A stretch of 53,226 bases of DNA from Geodermatophilus sp. GTDB lineage: Bacteria > Actinomycetota > Actinomycetes > Mycobacteriales > Geodermatophilaceae. Below the pieces are notes generated by a model that worked only from the letters and a program-made list of their open reading frames with translations, made no database searches and was not told where the DNA came from. Location: positions 1 through 53,226 of the forward strand of contig DATAAV010000134.1 of the NCBI GenBank assembly GCA_036259935.1. Reading direction: 5' to 3'. Position numbers and translations under genes: made by a program. The stretch's first letter is position 1. Each line of letters begins with the position of its first letter. Of the stretch, positions 27,612-40,560 are shown one piece after another.

Positions 27612-27639
27612 AGCACGGCCGGCCGCGGGAATCGGTTCA
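27612..27639 (-). promoter_or_regulatory. Putative SigL-type ECF promoter TGAACC-N16-CGT
   Basis: Minus strand TGAACC (27639-27634), 16 nt spacer, CGT (27617-27615), upstream of the operon that contains the ECF sigma. Confidence 0.65.
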
Positions 27640-28860
27640 GCGGGGGCGCAGCGCCGCCACCGAGTCGATCACGTAGCCGACCTCCTCGGCGGTGTTGTAG
27701 TGCAGCAGCCCCAGCTGGACGGCGCCGCCCTGCTCGTTGACCCCGAGGGCGTCGAACAGCTCGCGGGCGTAGGAGTCGCCGTCCCAGGCGCAGATGCCGC
27801 GGCGGGCCAGCTCGGCGGTGACCTGCCGCGGGCGCATGCCGGCCACGGTGAACGACAGCGTGGGCGTGGTGTCCTCCGGAGCCCCCAGCACATGCACGTG
27901 CCGCATGGCCCGCAGCGCCTGTTCCAGCCACTCGAACAGCGCGCCCTCGTAGGCGGCGACCGCGGCCATCGAGGAGCGCAGCCGACCCCGCCGCGGCCCG
28001 GTCGTCTCCCCGGCCAGCGAGGCGAGGTGGTCGACGGCGGCGGTGACCCCGGCGAGCAGCTCCAGGGGCAGCGCCCCGGTCTCGAACCGGTCGGGCACCC
28101 GGTCGGGGGCGGGCACCAGCCGGTCCGGCTGCAGCTCGCCGAGCAGCGCCGGGTCGGCGACGACCGCGCCGACGTGCGGACCGCACCACTTGTGGGCGGA
28201 GACGGCGAGGAAGTCCGCGCCCAGCGCGGCGGCGTCGAGGAACCCGTGCGGGGCGGCGTGCGCCGCGTCGACGTAGACCAGCGCACCGGCCGCGTGGGCC
28301 CGCGCGGCGATCGCCGCCACGTCGGGCCGGGTGCCGATCGCGCTGCTGGCGGCGGTGACGGCGACCAGCCGGGTGCGGTCGGTGAGCAGCTCGTCGTACT
28401 GCCAGGCCGGCAGCTCGCCGGTCTCGATGTCCACCTCGGCCCATCGGACCAGCACGCCGGCCTGCTCGGCCAGCTGCACCCAGGGGCGGATGTTCGCGTC
28501 GTGGTCGAGCCGGCTGACGACCACCTCGTCCCCGGGGCGCCAGGTCCGGGCCAGGGCGCGCGCCATCGCGTAGGTCAGGGAGGTCATGTTCGGCCCGAGA
28601 ACCACGCCCCGGGCGACCCCGCCCACCAGGTCGGCGACGGCGGACCGGGCGCTGGCCACCAGGCCCTCCGCCCGGGCCGACGCGGGGAACACCCCGCCGC
28701 GGTTGGCCACCGGCACCCGCATCGCCTGGGCGACGGCGGTCACGACGCTCTCCGGCAGGAGGCTGCCGGCCGGCCCGTCGGCGTGCACGAACCCGTCGGA
28801 CAGGCCGGGGAACAGGCCGCGGACGTGGGCGACGTCGAGCCCTCCTCCCCCCGCTCCCAT
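27637..28860 (-). CDS. Cysteine desulfurase-like PLP aminotransferase class V (Rv3778c-like)
   Basis: SRLDHDANIRPW, VDAAH, SAHKW PLP lysine. Confidence 0.88.
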   Translation of the reverse strand: MGAGGGGLDVAHVRGLFPGLSDGFVHADGPAGSLLPESVVTAVAQAMRVPVANRGGVFPASARAEGLVASARSAVADLVGGVARGVVLGPNMTSLTYAMARALARTWRPGDEVVVSRLDHDANIRPWVQLAEQAGVLVRWAEVDIETGELPAWQYDELLTDRTRLVAVTAASSAIGTRPDVAAIAARAHAAGALVYVDAAHAAPHGFLDAAALGADFLAVSAHKWCGPHVGAVVADPALLGELQPDRLVPAPDRVPDRFETGALPLELLAGVTAAVDHLASLAGETTGPRRGRLRSSMAAVAAYEGALFEWLEQALRAMRHVHVLGAPEDTTPTLSFTVAGMRPRQVTAELARRGICAWDGDSYARELFDALGVNEQGGAVQLGLLHYNTAEEVGYVIDSVAALRPR

Positions 28861-28958
28861 GCTCGCGACCCTAGACGCTGCGCCTGGACGGGCTACCGAC
28901 TGCCCGGAACGCGCAGTACCAGGTTCACCCCTCCGGGGCGGGGGGCAGGATGGGGGAC

Positions 28959-29516
28959 ATGACCGCACCGGGAAACGGCAGTGAACGTCCCCAGCAGGTC
29001 GTCGTCGTCGGCCCCGACGGGCGGCCGGTCGGGGCCATGCCCATGCCGCAGAGCGCCCAGGACGACGGCGACGACGGCGGCGGCATGAGCGTCGGGGACA
29101 TGGTCGAGCAGCCGGCGAAGGTCATGCGGATCGGGACGATGATCAAGCAGCTGCTCGAGGAGGTCCGCGCCGCGCCCCTCGACGACGCCAGCCGCAACCG
29201 GCTGCGCGACATCCACGCGTCGTCCATCCGCGAGCTCGAGCAGGGGCTGGCGCCGGAGCTGCGCGAGGAGCTGGAACGGATCACCCTGCCCTTCAGCGAG
29301 GGCGAGACCCCCTCCGACGCCGAGCTCCGGATCGCCCAGGCGCAGCTGGTGGGCTGGCTGGAAGGGGTGTTCCACGGCATCCAGACCGCGCTGTTCGCCC
29401 AGCAGATGGCCGCCCGCGCCCAGCTGGAGGAGATGCGCCGCCGGGCACTCCCCGGCGGGCACCCGCAGCACCCGCAGCAGCCCGACATCCGCCCCGGCGG
29501 CGGCCAGTACCTGTGA
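28959..29516 (+). CDS. bpa: Bacterial proteasome activator Bpa/PafE
   Basis: EQPAKVMRIGTMIKQLLEEVR, ELRIAQAQLVGWLEG, C-terminal GQYL. Confidence 0.95.
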   Translation: MTAPGNGSERPQQVVVVGPDGRPVGAMPMPQSAQDDGDDGGGMSVGDMVEQPAKVMRIGTMIKQLLEEVRAAPLDDASRNRLRDIHASSIRELEQGLAPELREELERITLPFSEGETPSDAELRIAQAQLVGWLEGVFHGIQTALFAQQMAARAQLEEMRRRALPGGHPQHPQQPDIRPGGGQYL

Positions 29517-29638
29517 CACCGCGGTAGCGGGTGGACCCGGCGCGGGGCCCGGAGGGTCCCCGCCGGGGACACGGGCAGCGGCTCAGCGCGACCGGGGGAC
29601 GGCACGTGGCCGCGGTGTCGGCCGGTAGGCCGACGGTG

Positions 29639-30434
29639 TCACAGCGCGGAGAGAAAGGCCGCGACGCCGTCGTCCTCGTTGGTGCCGGTGACGTCGGTGG
29701 CGGCGGCCAGCAGGTCGGGGTGCGCGTGCGCCATGGCCACCGCGCGGCCGCCGCCCTCGCGCACCCAGTCGAACGCGGCGACGTCGTTGGGCATGTCCCC
29801 GAAGACGACGACGTCCTCCGGACCCACCCCGTGCCGGGCCGCGACCTTGGCGATGCCGGTGGCCTTGGTGACGCCCCGGGCGGAGATCTCGGCCAGCGCG
29901 TCGGCCGAGGAGTGGGTGACCGTGGCCTCGTCGCCGACCACCTCCTCCACCAGCGCGACGAAGGCGTCCCGCGGCAGGCCCTCGTGCCGGGCCAGGAGCT
30001 TGGCCGCGGGCGCGGCGATCAGCTCCTCCAGCGGGGCCACCGCCACACCGGGAGCGTCGACGTCCCACCGCGGCTCGTAGGCCGGCTCCCGCCGGAACTC
30101 CAGGCCGTACTCGACGGCGAACCGGGTGCCGGGCTCCCGGTGGAGCAACTCGGCGGTGACCGTCTCCAGGACGTCGACGGGGAGCAGGTCCTCCTCGAGG
30201 ATCTCGAAGCGGCCGAGGTCCAGCAGCACCGCGCCGTTGCAGCAGACGGCGGTGCCGTCCTCGAGCACCTCGCGGATGTCGCGCATCCAGCGGGGTGGGC
30301 GGCCGGTGGCCGGCACGATCGGCACGCCGGAGGCCCGCCAGCGCTCGAGCTCGGCGAGCGTCGCGTCACTGACGGTCTCGTCCCAGCGCAGCAGGGTGCC
30401 GTCCATGTCGGTGGCGATGAGCCGCGGGCGCCAG

Positions 30435-30442
<8 letters not shown>
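29639..30442 (-). CDS. Cof-type HAD-IIB hydrolase
   Basis: ATDMDGTLL, ATGR, TKATG, FGDMPND. Confidence 0.9.
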
Positions 30443-34542
<4,100 letters not shown>

Positions 34543-34600
34543 AGAAGGACCGCCTCCTCCCCACCGCTCGCAGGCTCGCGGCGGGACCCGGGAGCCGGCC
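34543..34600. repeat. Stop-codon-adjacent repeat (family D)
   Basis: Matches 20781-20838. Confidence 0.75.
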
Positions 34601-34635
34601 GCTCGATCACCTGACCGCCGCGTAACGTGATCAGC

Positions 34636-34965
34636 GTGGCCGAGGTCAAGGGCAGCGGGCTGCCGATCAAGATGCTGCACGACCGGATCCTGGTGTCCCT
34701 GCGCAAGGAGGACGGCGAGCGGCGGTCCAGCGGCGGCATCCTCATCCCCGCCACCGCGCAGGTGGCCAAGCGGCTGGTCTGGGGCGAGGCGCGGGGCGTC
34801 GGCGCGAGCGTGCGGCAGGTCAAGGTCGGCGACCAGGTCCTCTTCTCCCCCGAGGACCAGCACGAGGTCGAGGTGCACGGCGAGGAGCTGATCATCCTGC
34901 GCGAGCGCGACGTGCACGCCGTCGCCGCCGAGCGGATCGAGGAGTCCACGGGCCTCTACCTGTAG
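34636..34965 (+). CDS. Orphan GroES/Cpn10 family paralog with C-terminal GLYL
   Basis: IKMLHDRILV, SSGGILIP mobile loop, VKVGDQVLF, ILRERDVHA; TAACGT 7 nt before GTG 34636. Confidence 0.9.
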   Translation: MAEVKGSGLPIKMLHDRILVSLRKEDGERRSSGGILIPATAQVAKRLVWGEARGVGASVRQVKVGDQVLFSPEDQHEVEVHGEELIILRERDVHAVAAERIEESTGLYL

Positions 34966-35027
34966 GCCTGATTCCGCGCTGAGCGACGCCTCCGCGCGGG
35001 TGGATGCGTCCCTCTGCGCGCAACTGC

Positions 35028-35537
35028 TCAGCCGGCGTCGGGGGCGTTCCCGCGGGAGTGGCGCACGATCACGCCGGTCATGTCCTCCAGGAACCGCCGG
35101 ACGACGGCGAGCTCCTCGTCGCTGTAGCCGGCCATCGCCGCGAGCAGGTCGCGCTGCAGCCCGCCGAAGAACTCCGCTCCGGCCGCCATGGCCTCCGGGG
35201 ACATCTCGAGCACGACGCGGCGCCGGTCGCCGGCGTCGCGGGCCCGGCGCACGTGCCCCATCCGCTCCAGCCGGTCGAGGAGGGCGGTGACCGAGGCCGA
35301 GCGCAGCTCCACCGCGGCCCCCAGGCCTCCGGCGGTGAGCGCCTGCCCGCTCCGGGCGGCGTCCATGATCGCGACGAGGGCGCGGACGTCGGTGCGGTTG
35401 AGCCCGTGCGCCGCGGCGAACCGCTGCCCGACGGCGTCCAGCTCCACGGTCAGCCGGCGCAGGAGCAGCGGGAGCTCCTGCCGGTCGACCGGCGCCGTCC
35501 CCTCCGGCGCGCCCGGCTCGACGGCGGTGTCGGACAT
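35028..35537 (-). CDS. MarR family transcriptional regulator
   Basis: GLNRTDVRAL, SASVTALLDRLE, DRRRV; GGAGGAGG RBS. Confidence 0.9.
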   Translation of the reverse strand: MSDTAVEPGAPEGTAPVDRQELPLLLRRLTVELDAVGQRFAAAHGLNRTDVRALVAIMDAARSGQALTAGGLGAAVELRSASVTALLDRLERMGHVRRARDAGDRRRVVLEMSPEAMAAGAEFFGGLQRDLLAAMAGYSDEELAVVRRFLEDMTGVIVRHSRGNAPDAG

Positions 35538-35620
35538 CGGGCCTCCTCCCGGTTTGCCGCAGTCTCTCACCGGACCTAATCTCTCGATCGTCGAGATAAT
35601 CGCTCATCGAGGGAACTCCC

Positions 35621-37732
35621 ATGGCACGGCTCCGCTGGCTCCTCCCCGCGCTCGTCGTCCTCGTCTGGCTGGGGGGTGCCGGCCCGCTCGCCGTGCTCGG
35701 CGGCCGGCTGACCGGCCTGCAGGAGAACGACGTCGCGGCGTTCCTGCCCGACAGCGCCGAGTCCACCCGATCCTCCGAACTCCAGGCCGCCTTCCAGCCG
35801 ACGGAGTCCCTCCCCGCGGTCCTGCTGTGGGAGAGCCGCGCGGACGTCGGCCCGGAGACCCTCGCCGCGATCGCCGACCGCACCGAGCAGGCCACCCGGA
35901 TCGCTGCCGACGCCGGTGCGCTCGCCGGCCGGCCGTCCCCACCGGTCCCCTCCGAGGACGGCCGGGCGGTGCAGGTCTTCCTCCCGCTCAGCCCCGACCT
36001 CGGCGACGAGATCGTCCCCCTGGTGACAGAGTTGCGCGCCGCCGTCCCGGTCGACGGGACGGACTCGTTCGTCACCGGGCCGGCCGGCATCTTCGCCGAC
36101 TTCGCCAACGGCTTCGCCGGCATCGACGGCCTCCTGCTGCTGGCCGCGTTCGGCGTCGTGCTGCTCATCCTGCTGGTCGTCTACCGCAGTCCGCTGCTGC
36201 CGCTGCTGGTCATCGGCACCGCCGGCCTCGCCCTCACCGCGGCCAACGCCGTCGCCTACCTGCTCGCCGACGCCGGCGCCATCACCGTCAACGGCCAGAG
36301 CCAGGGCATCGCCGCCATCCTCGTCGTGGGCGCGGCCACCGACTACGGGCTGCTGCTGGTGGCCCGGTTCCGGGAGGAGCTGCGGCGGGAGCGCTCGGCG
36401 TACGCGGCGATGCGCACCGCCCTGCGCCGCTCGTGGGAGCCGATCGTGGCGTCGGGGGCCACCGTCGTCCTCGGCGTGCTCTGCCTGCTCCTGTCCGACC
36501 TCGCCTCCAACCGCGGCCTCGGCCCGATCTCGGCGGTGAGCGTCACTCTCGCCGTCGTCGCCGCGCTGACCTTCCTCCCGGCCGCCCTGGTCCTGCTCGG
36601 CCGCGCCGCGTTCTGGCCGTTCCGCCCCCGGTACGGCGTCGAGCCGCGGCAGGGCCGGGGCTGGCCGCGGATCGCCGCGCTGGTGGGCCGGCGGCCCCGG
36701 CGGGTGCTCGCGCTGAGCACGCTCGCGCTCGTCGCCGCGGCCGTCTTCGCCCCCACCTACGACGCCGACGGCATCCCGCTCTCCGACGTCATCCGGGGCG
36801 AGTCGAACGGAGTCGCCGGGCAGGAGGCGCTGGGCCGGCACTTCGAGGCGGGCGTCGCCAGCCCCACCGTGATCATCACGCCCGAGGAGACTTGGCCCGC
36901 CGTCGCCGAGGTCGCGGCCGCGACCGACGGCGTCGCCGCGGTGGTGCCCTACACCGGCGCCGGCGGGCCGCCGCGGCCGGGCGCGCCGCCGCTGGTCGTC
37001 GACGGGCAGGTCCGCCTCGACGCCACCCTGGGCGTGGCGCCGGACAGCGTCGCGGCGATCGAGGCGGTGCAGCAGCTGCGGACGGCGCTCGACGACGCCG
37101 ATCCCCGGGCGCTGGTCGGCGGGGAGACGGCGAGCAACCTCGACGCCCGCGAGAGCGCGGCCCGCGACCTGCGGGTCATCGTGCCGGCGGTACTCGTGGT
37201 CATCACCGTCGTCCTGGCCCTACTGCTGCGCGCCCTGGTCGCGCCCCTGCTGCTGGTGGCCACCGTCGTGCTGAGCGTCCTGGCCACCGCCGGGGTGGCC
37301 GCGCTGCTCTTCGACGGCGTCTTCGGCTTCCCGGGCAGCGATCCCGGGATCCTGCTGATCGCCTTCGTCTTCCTGGTCGCGCTGGGGATCGACTACAACA
37401 TCTTCCTGATGACCCGGGCGCGCGAGGAGTCGCTGCGGCACGGCACCCGGGACGGCGCCCTGCGGGCCCTGGCGGTCACCGGCGGCGTGATCACCTCCGC
37501 CGGGCTGGTGCTCGCCGCCACCTTCGGCGCCCTCTCGGTACTGCCCCTGCTGTTCCTCGTGCAGCTGGCGTTCCTCGTCGGCTTCGGGGTGCTGCTGGAC
37601 ACCTTCGTCGTCCGGTCGCTGACCGTGCCGGCGGCGGTGGCGCTGCTGGGTGACCGCACCTGGTGGCCCAGCCGCCTCGCCAGGGGCCCGGCGCCGGCTC
37701 GCGAACCTGAGGCCGAGCTCGAACGGGTCTGA
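35621..37732 (+). CDS. MMPL (RND) family transporter
   Basis: GAATDYGLLLVARFREE and ALGIDYNIFLMTRAREE, DTFVVRS. Confidence 0.92.
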   Translation: MARLRWLLPALVVLVWLGGAGPLAVLGGRLTGLQENDVAAFLPDSAESTRSSELQAAFQPTESLPAVLLWESRADVGPETLAAIADRTEQATRIAADAGALAGRPSPPVPSEDGRAVQVFLPLSPDLGDEIVPLVTELRAAVPVDGTDSFVTGPAGIFADFANGFAGIDGLLLLAAFGVVLLILLVVYRSPLLPLLVIGTAGLALTAANAVAYLLADAGAITVNGQSQGIAAILVVGAATDYGLLLVARFREELRRERSAYAAMRTALRRSWEPIVASGATVVLGVLCLLLSDLASNRGLGPISAVSVTLAVVAALTFLPAALVLLGRAAFWPFRPRYGVEPRQGRGWPRIAALVGRRPRRVLALSTLALVAAAVFAPTYDADGIPLSDVIRGESNGVAGQEALGRHFEAGVASPTVIITPEETWPAVAEVAAATDGVAAVVPYTGAGGPPRPGAPPLVVDGQVRLDATLGVAPDSVAAIEAVQQLRTALDDADPRALVGGETASNLDARESAARDLRVIVPAVLVVITVVLALLLRALVAPLLLVATVVLSVLATAGVAALLFDGVFGFPGSDPGILLIAFVFLVALGIDYNIFLMTRAREESLRHGTRDGALRALAVTGGVITSAGLVLAATFGALSVLPLLFLVQLAFLVGFGVLLDTFVVRSLTVPAAVALLGDRTWWPSRLARGPAPAREPEAELERV

Positions 37733-37741
37733 CGCCGACCG

Positions 37742-37821
37742 CTGAGTTGATCATCGTCCGGGTGCTCGGCCGCCCGGCGTGTCGGCCCGGATGTCATGCA
37801 TGAAGACGATGATCGACTCAG
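37742..37821. repeat. GTTGATCATCG-bounded hairpin (family C variant)
   Basis: CTGAGTTGATCATCGTC..CCGGCGTGTCG..GACGATGATCGACTCAG; between convergent stops. Confidence 0.7.
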
Positions 37822-37831
37822 GGGTGGGCGC

Positions 37832-38770
37832 TCAGCCGAGCCGACCCTCGCGGACCCGGGCCAGCCACGCCTCGGCGTCGGCGAACGCGGCGTCCTCCGA
37901 GGTGGGCGGCACCGGCTTGTTCTCCCGGCCGTCGGCCCGCGCGTAGGAGCCGAGGAAGCGGACGTCGTCGCACACCCGGTGCAGCGCGGCCAGCGCCTCC
38001 CCCACCCGGCGGTCGGCGACGTGCCCCTCGCAGTCGAGGGAGAAGGAGTAGACCCCCAGCCGCTCCCGGGTCGGGCGCGACTCGATCCGGGTGAGGCTGA
38101 TCCCGCGGACGGCGAACTCGCTGAGCAGCTCGAGCAGCGCGCCGGTGCGGTCGCCGACGACCGCGACCAGCGACGTCTTGTCGTTGCCGGTGGGCGAGGG
38201 CAGCGGCCCGGGCCGGGCGACCAGGACGAACCGGGTGACCGCGCCCTGGTGGTCGGCGACGTCGTCGACCAGCCGGACCAGGCCGTAGCGCTCGGCGGCG
38301 ATCGGCGCGCAGACCGCGGCGTCGTGCTCGCCGGCGGCGACCGCCTGCGCGGCCGCCGCGGTCGAGGCCGCGGGCAGGGTCGGGACGCCGGGCAGCGCCT
38401 CGGCCAGCCAGCGGGTGCACTGCGCCAGGGCGTGCGGATGGCTGGTCACGGTGCGGATGTCGGCCAGTCCGGTGCCCGGGCGGACGGCGAGGGTGAAGGC
38501 CACGGTCAGGAAGACCTCGCGGGTGATCACCAGCGGATCGCCGTAGGCCAGGCCGTCCATCGTGGCCGGCACCGAGCCCTCCACGGAGTTCTCCAGCGGC
38601 ACGAGCGCGGTGTCGGCCTCCCCGCCGCGGACGGCGGCGAGCGCGGCGGCGACGCTCGGCTGGGGGTGCCGGACTCCCTCCGAGGAGGCAACGACGGTGC
38701 TGAGGGCCGCTTCGGCGAAGGTACCCTCGGGCCCGAGATAGGCGAACCGCGTCGGAGGCGTTCCAGGCAC
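37832..38770 (-). CDS. pheA: Prephenate dehydratase
   Basis: AYLGPEGTF, PLENSVEG, SHPHALAQC, TRF, TRIESRP ACT domain, FLGSY. Confidence 0.95.
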   Translation of the reverse strand: MPGTPPTRFAYLGPEGTFAEAALSTVVASSEGVRHPQPSVAAALAAVRGGEADTALVPLENSVEGSVPATMDGLAYGDPLVITREVFLTVAFTLAVRPGTGLADIRTVTSHPHALAQCTRWLAEALPGVPTLPAASTAAAAQAVAAGEHDAAVCAPIAAERYGLVRLVDDVADHQGAVTRFVLVARPGPLPSPTGNDKTSLVAVVGDRTGALLELLSEFAVRGISLTRIESRPTRERLGVYSFSLDCEGHVADRRVGEALAALHRVCDDVRFLGSYARADGRENKPVPPTSEDAAFADAEAWLARVREGRLG

Positions 38771-38883
38771 CCGACGAGGGTAGTGCGGTCGGGTGGGAAC
38801 GCAGGCTCCACCCGGGGGAAGCTGCCTCGCTCCGGCAGACCCGCGGCCGCACCGGCCGGAACACCCGTCGAGTGGAGGGATGC

Positions 38884-40560
38884 GTGATCCCCGGCCCCGA
38901 GCGCGTCGCCGACGATGATCTCGACGCCGTGCTCTGGCGCCTGCTCGCCGCCAGTGACCGGGAGGACCCCTCCGCCTTCCTGACCGAGCTCGACGCCGCC
39001 CAGCCGGCGCTCGAGGCCGCCGCCGAGCCGCGGTGGATCGCCTGGCGGCACGCCCTGGCCGCCCGCCGCGGGCTGGTCGCCGGCGATCCCGAGACGGCCG
39101 CGGCCGAGGTAGCGGCCGCCCGGGAGGCGCTGACCAAGTGCCGGCCGTCGGCCGGGACCGCGCTGACCCTGGCCTACCTGGCCCATGTCGAGGTCACCGC
39201 CGACCACGTCGACTCCGCCATGCTCCTGGCGATCGACGCCAGCCTGCTCACCGAGGATCCCGCGGCCGCCGAGCCGTCCCGCCCGCTGCACCAGGCGCAC
39301 CTGTGGCTCTCGCTCACCCTCACCGGCCTGGACCTCGAGGAGCTCGCGGTCGCCCAGGCGGTGCGCGGGCACCGGGTGGCCGCGGCGCTGCCGGGACCGG
39401 CCGACCAGTGGCGGTTGCTGCGGCTGTGCGCCCAGCAGCACGCCGAGCTGGCCCAGACGCTGCACCGGCGCGGCGACGAGGAGCGGTCCCGTCGCCTGGC
39501 CGCGGTCGCCCTCGGCTGCGCCACCGCCGCTCGCGAGCTGGGCTTCGAGCCCGACCCCGCCGAGCTGGACCTGCTCGACGTCGTGCAGGCGTGGGCGCTG
39601 ACCTGCAGCGACGAGCTCGACGCCGCCGTGGGGCCGCTGCGGCGGGCGCACCGGCGGATCCACGAGGAGGGCGGCGTCTGGCTGCGCGGCTACGCCGACC
39701 TGGTGCTGGCCCGGCTGCTGACCCGGATGTCGCAGCAGGAGAGCGGCGGCGGGCACGCCGAGGAGGCCACCGACCTGCTGGTGGACGCGGCCGGCGCCTT
39801 CGCCGCCGCCGGCGACCGGCGCCGCTACCGGCAGTGCCTGCTCGAGCTGGGCCAGGCGACCGCGGCGATGGGCCGTCCGGCCGAGGCGCTGCACTGGCTG
39901 GAGGCCTACCGGGCCGACACCGGCCGGGCGCACGCGCGGGGCCGGGAGCTGTGGGCGGAGATGTTCGTGCGCCGCAGCCGGCTGCGCGAGGCCGAGCGCC
40001 AGGCCGCCCTGCTGCGGCGGCACGCCCTGGAGGACCCGCTCACCGGGCTCGGCAACCGGCGCAGCGCCGAGCGCCGGCTGGGCAGCCTGCGACTGGGCCA
40101 GGAGCCCCTCTCGCTGGCCGTCGTCGACATCGACCGGTTCAAGCAGGTCAACGACGACGCCTCGCACTCGCACGGCGACGAGGTGCTGCGCCGGGTCGCC
40201 GACCTGCTGCGCGAGCACTGCCGGGTGGGCGACGAGGTCTACCGGTGGGCCGGCGACGAGTTCCTCGTGGTCCTGCCCGGGGCCACCGAGCACCAGGCGC
40301 TGGTCGCCATGGAGCGGCTGCGCGCCGCCGTCGCCGACGCGGACTGGGATGACTTGCGGCCGGCCCGGCCGATCACCGTCAGCATCGGCGTGGCCACCGC
40401 CCCCGCCGAACCGCACGACGCCGGACCGGTCGGCTGGCGCGCGCTGTTCGACACCGCCGACCTGCACCTGTTCTCCGCCAAGCGCGGCGGCCGCAACCGG
40501 GTCCGGGCGCCGGGCGCCGACGCCCCGGAGCCGCCGAGCCCCGCCGGGGAACCGGCATGA
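38884..40560 (+). CDS. Diguanylate cyclase (AGDEF variant) with TPR-like helical N-terminus
   Basis: EDPLTGLGNRR, DIDRFKQVND, HGDEVL, RVGD I-site, RWAGDEF, TVSIG, AKRGGRNRV; GGAGG RBS. Confidence 0.9.
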   Translation: MIPGPERVADDDLDAVLWRLLAASDREDPSAFLTELDAAQPALEAAAEPRWIAWRHALAARRGLVAGDPETAAAEVAAAREALTKCRPSAGTALTLAYLAHVEVTADHVDSAMLLAIDASLLTEDPAAAEPSRPLHQAHLWLSLTLTGLDLEELAVAQAVRGHRVAAALPGPADQWRLLRLCAQQHAELAQTLHRRGDEERSRRLAAVALGCATAARELGFEPDPAELDLLDVVQAWALTCSDELDAAVGPLRRAHRRIHEEGGVWLRGYADLVLARLLTRMSQQESGGGHAEEATDLLVDAAGAFAAAGDRRRYRQCLLELGQATAAMGRPAEALHWLEAYRADTGRAHARGRELWAEMFVRRSRLREAERQAALLRRHALEDPLTGLGNRRSAERRLGSLRLGQEPLSLAVVDIDRFKQVNDDASHSHGDEVLRRVADLLREHCRVGDEVYRWAGDEFLVVLPGATEHQALVAMERLRAAVADADWDDLRPARPITVSIGVATAPAEPHDAGPVGWRALFDTADLHLFSAKRGGRNRVRAPGADAPEPPSPAGEPA

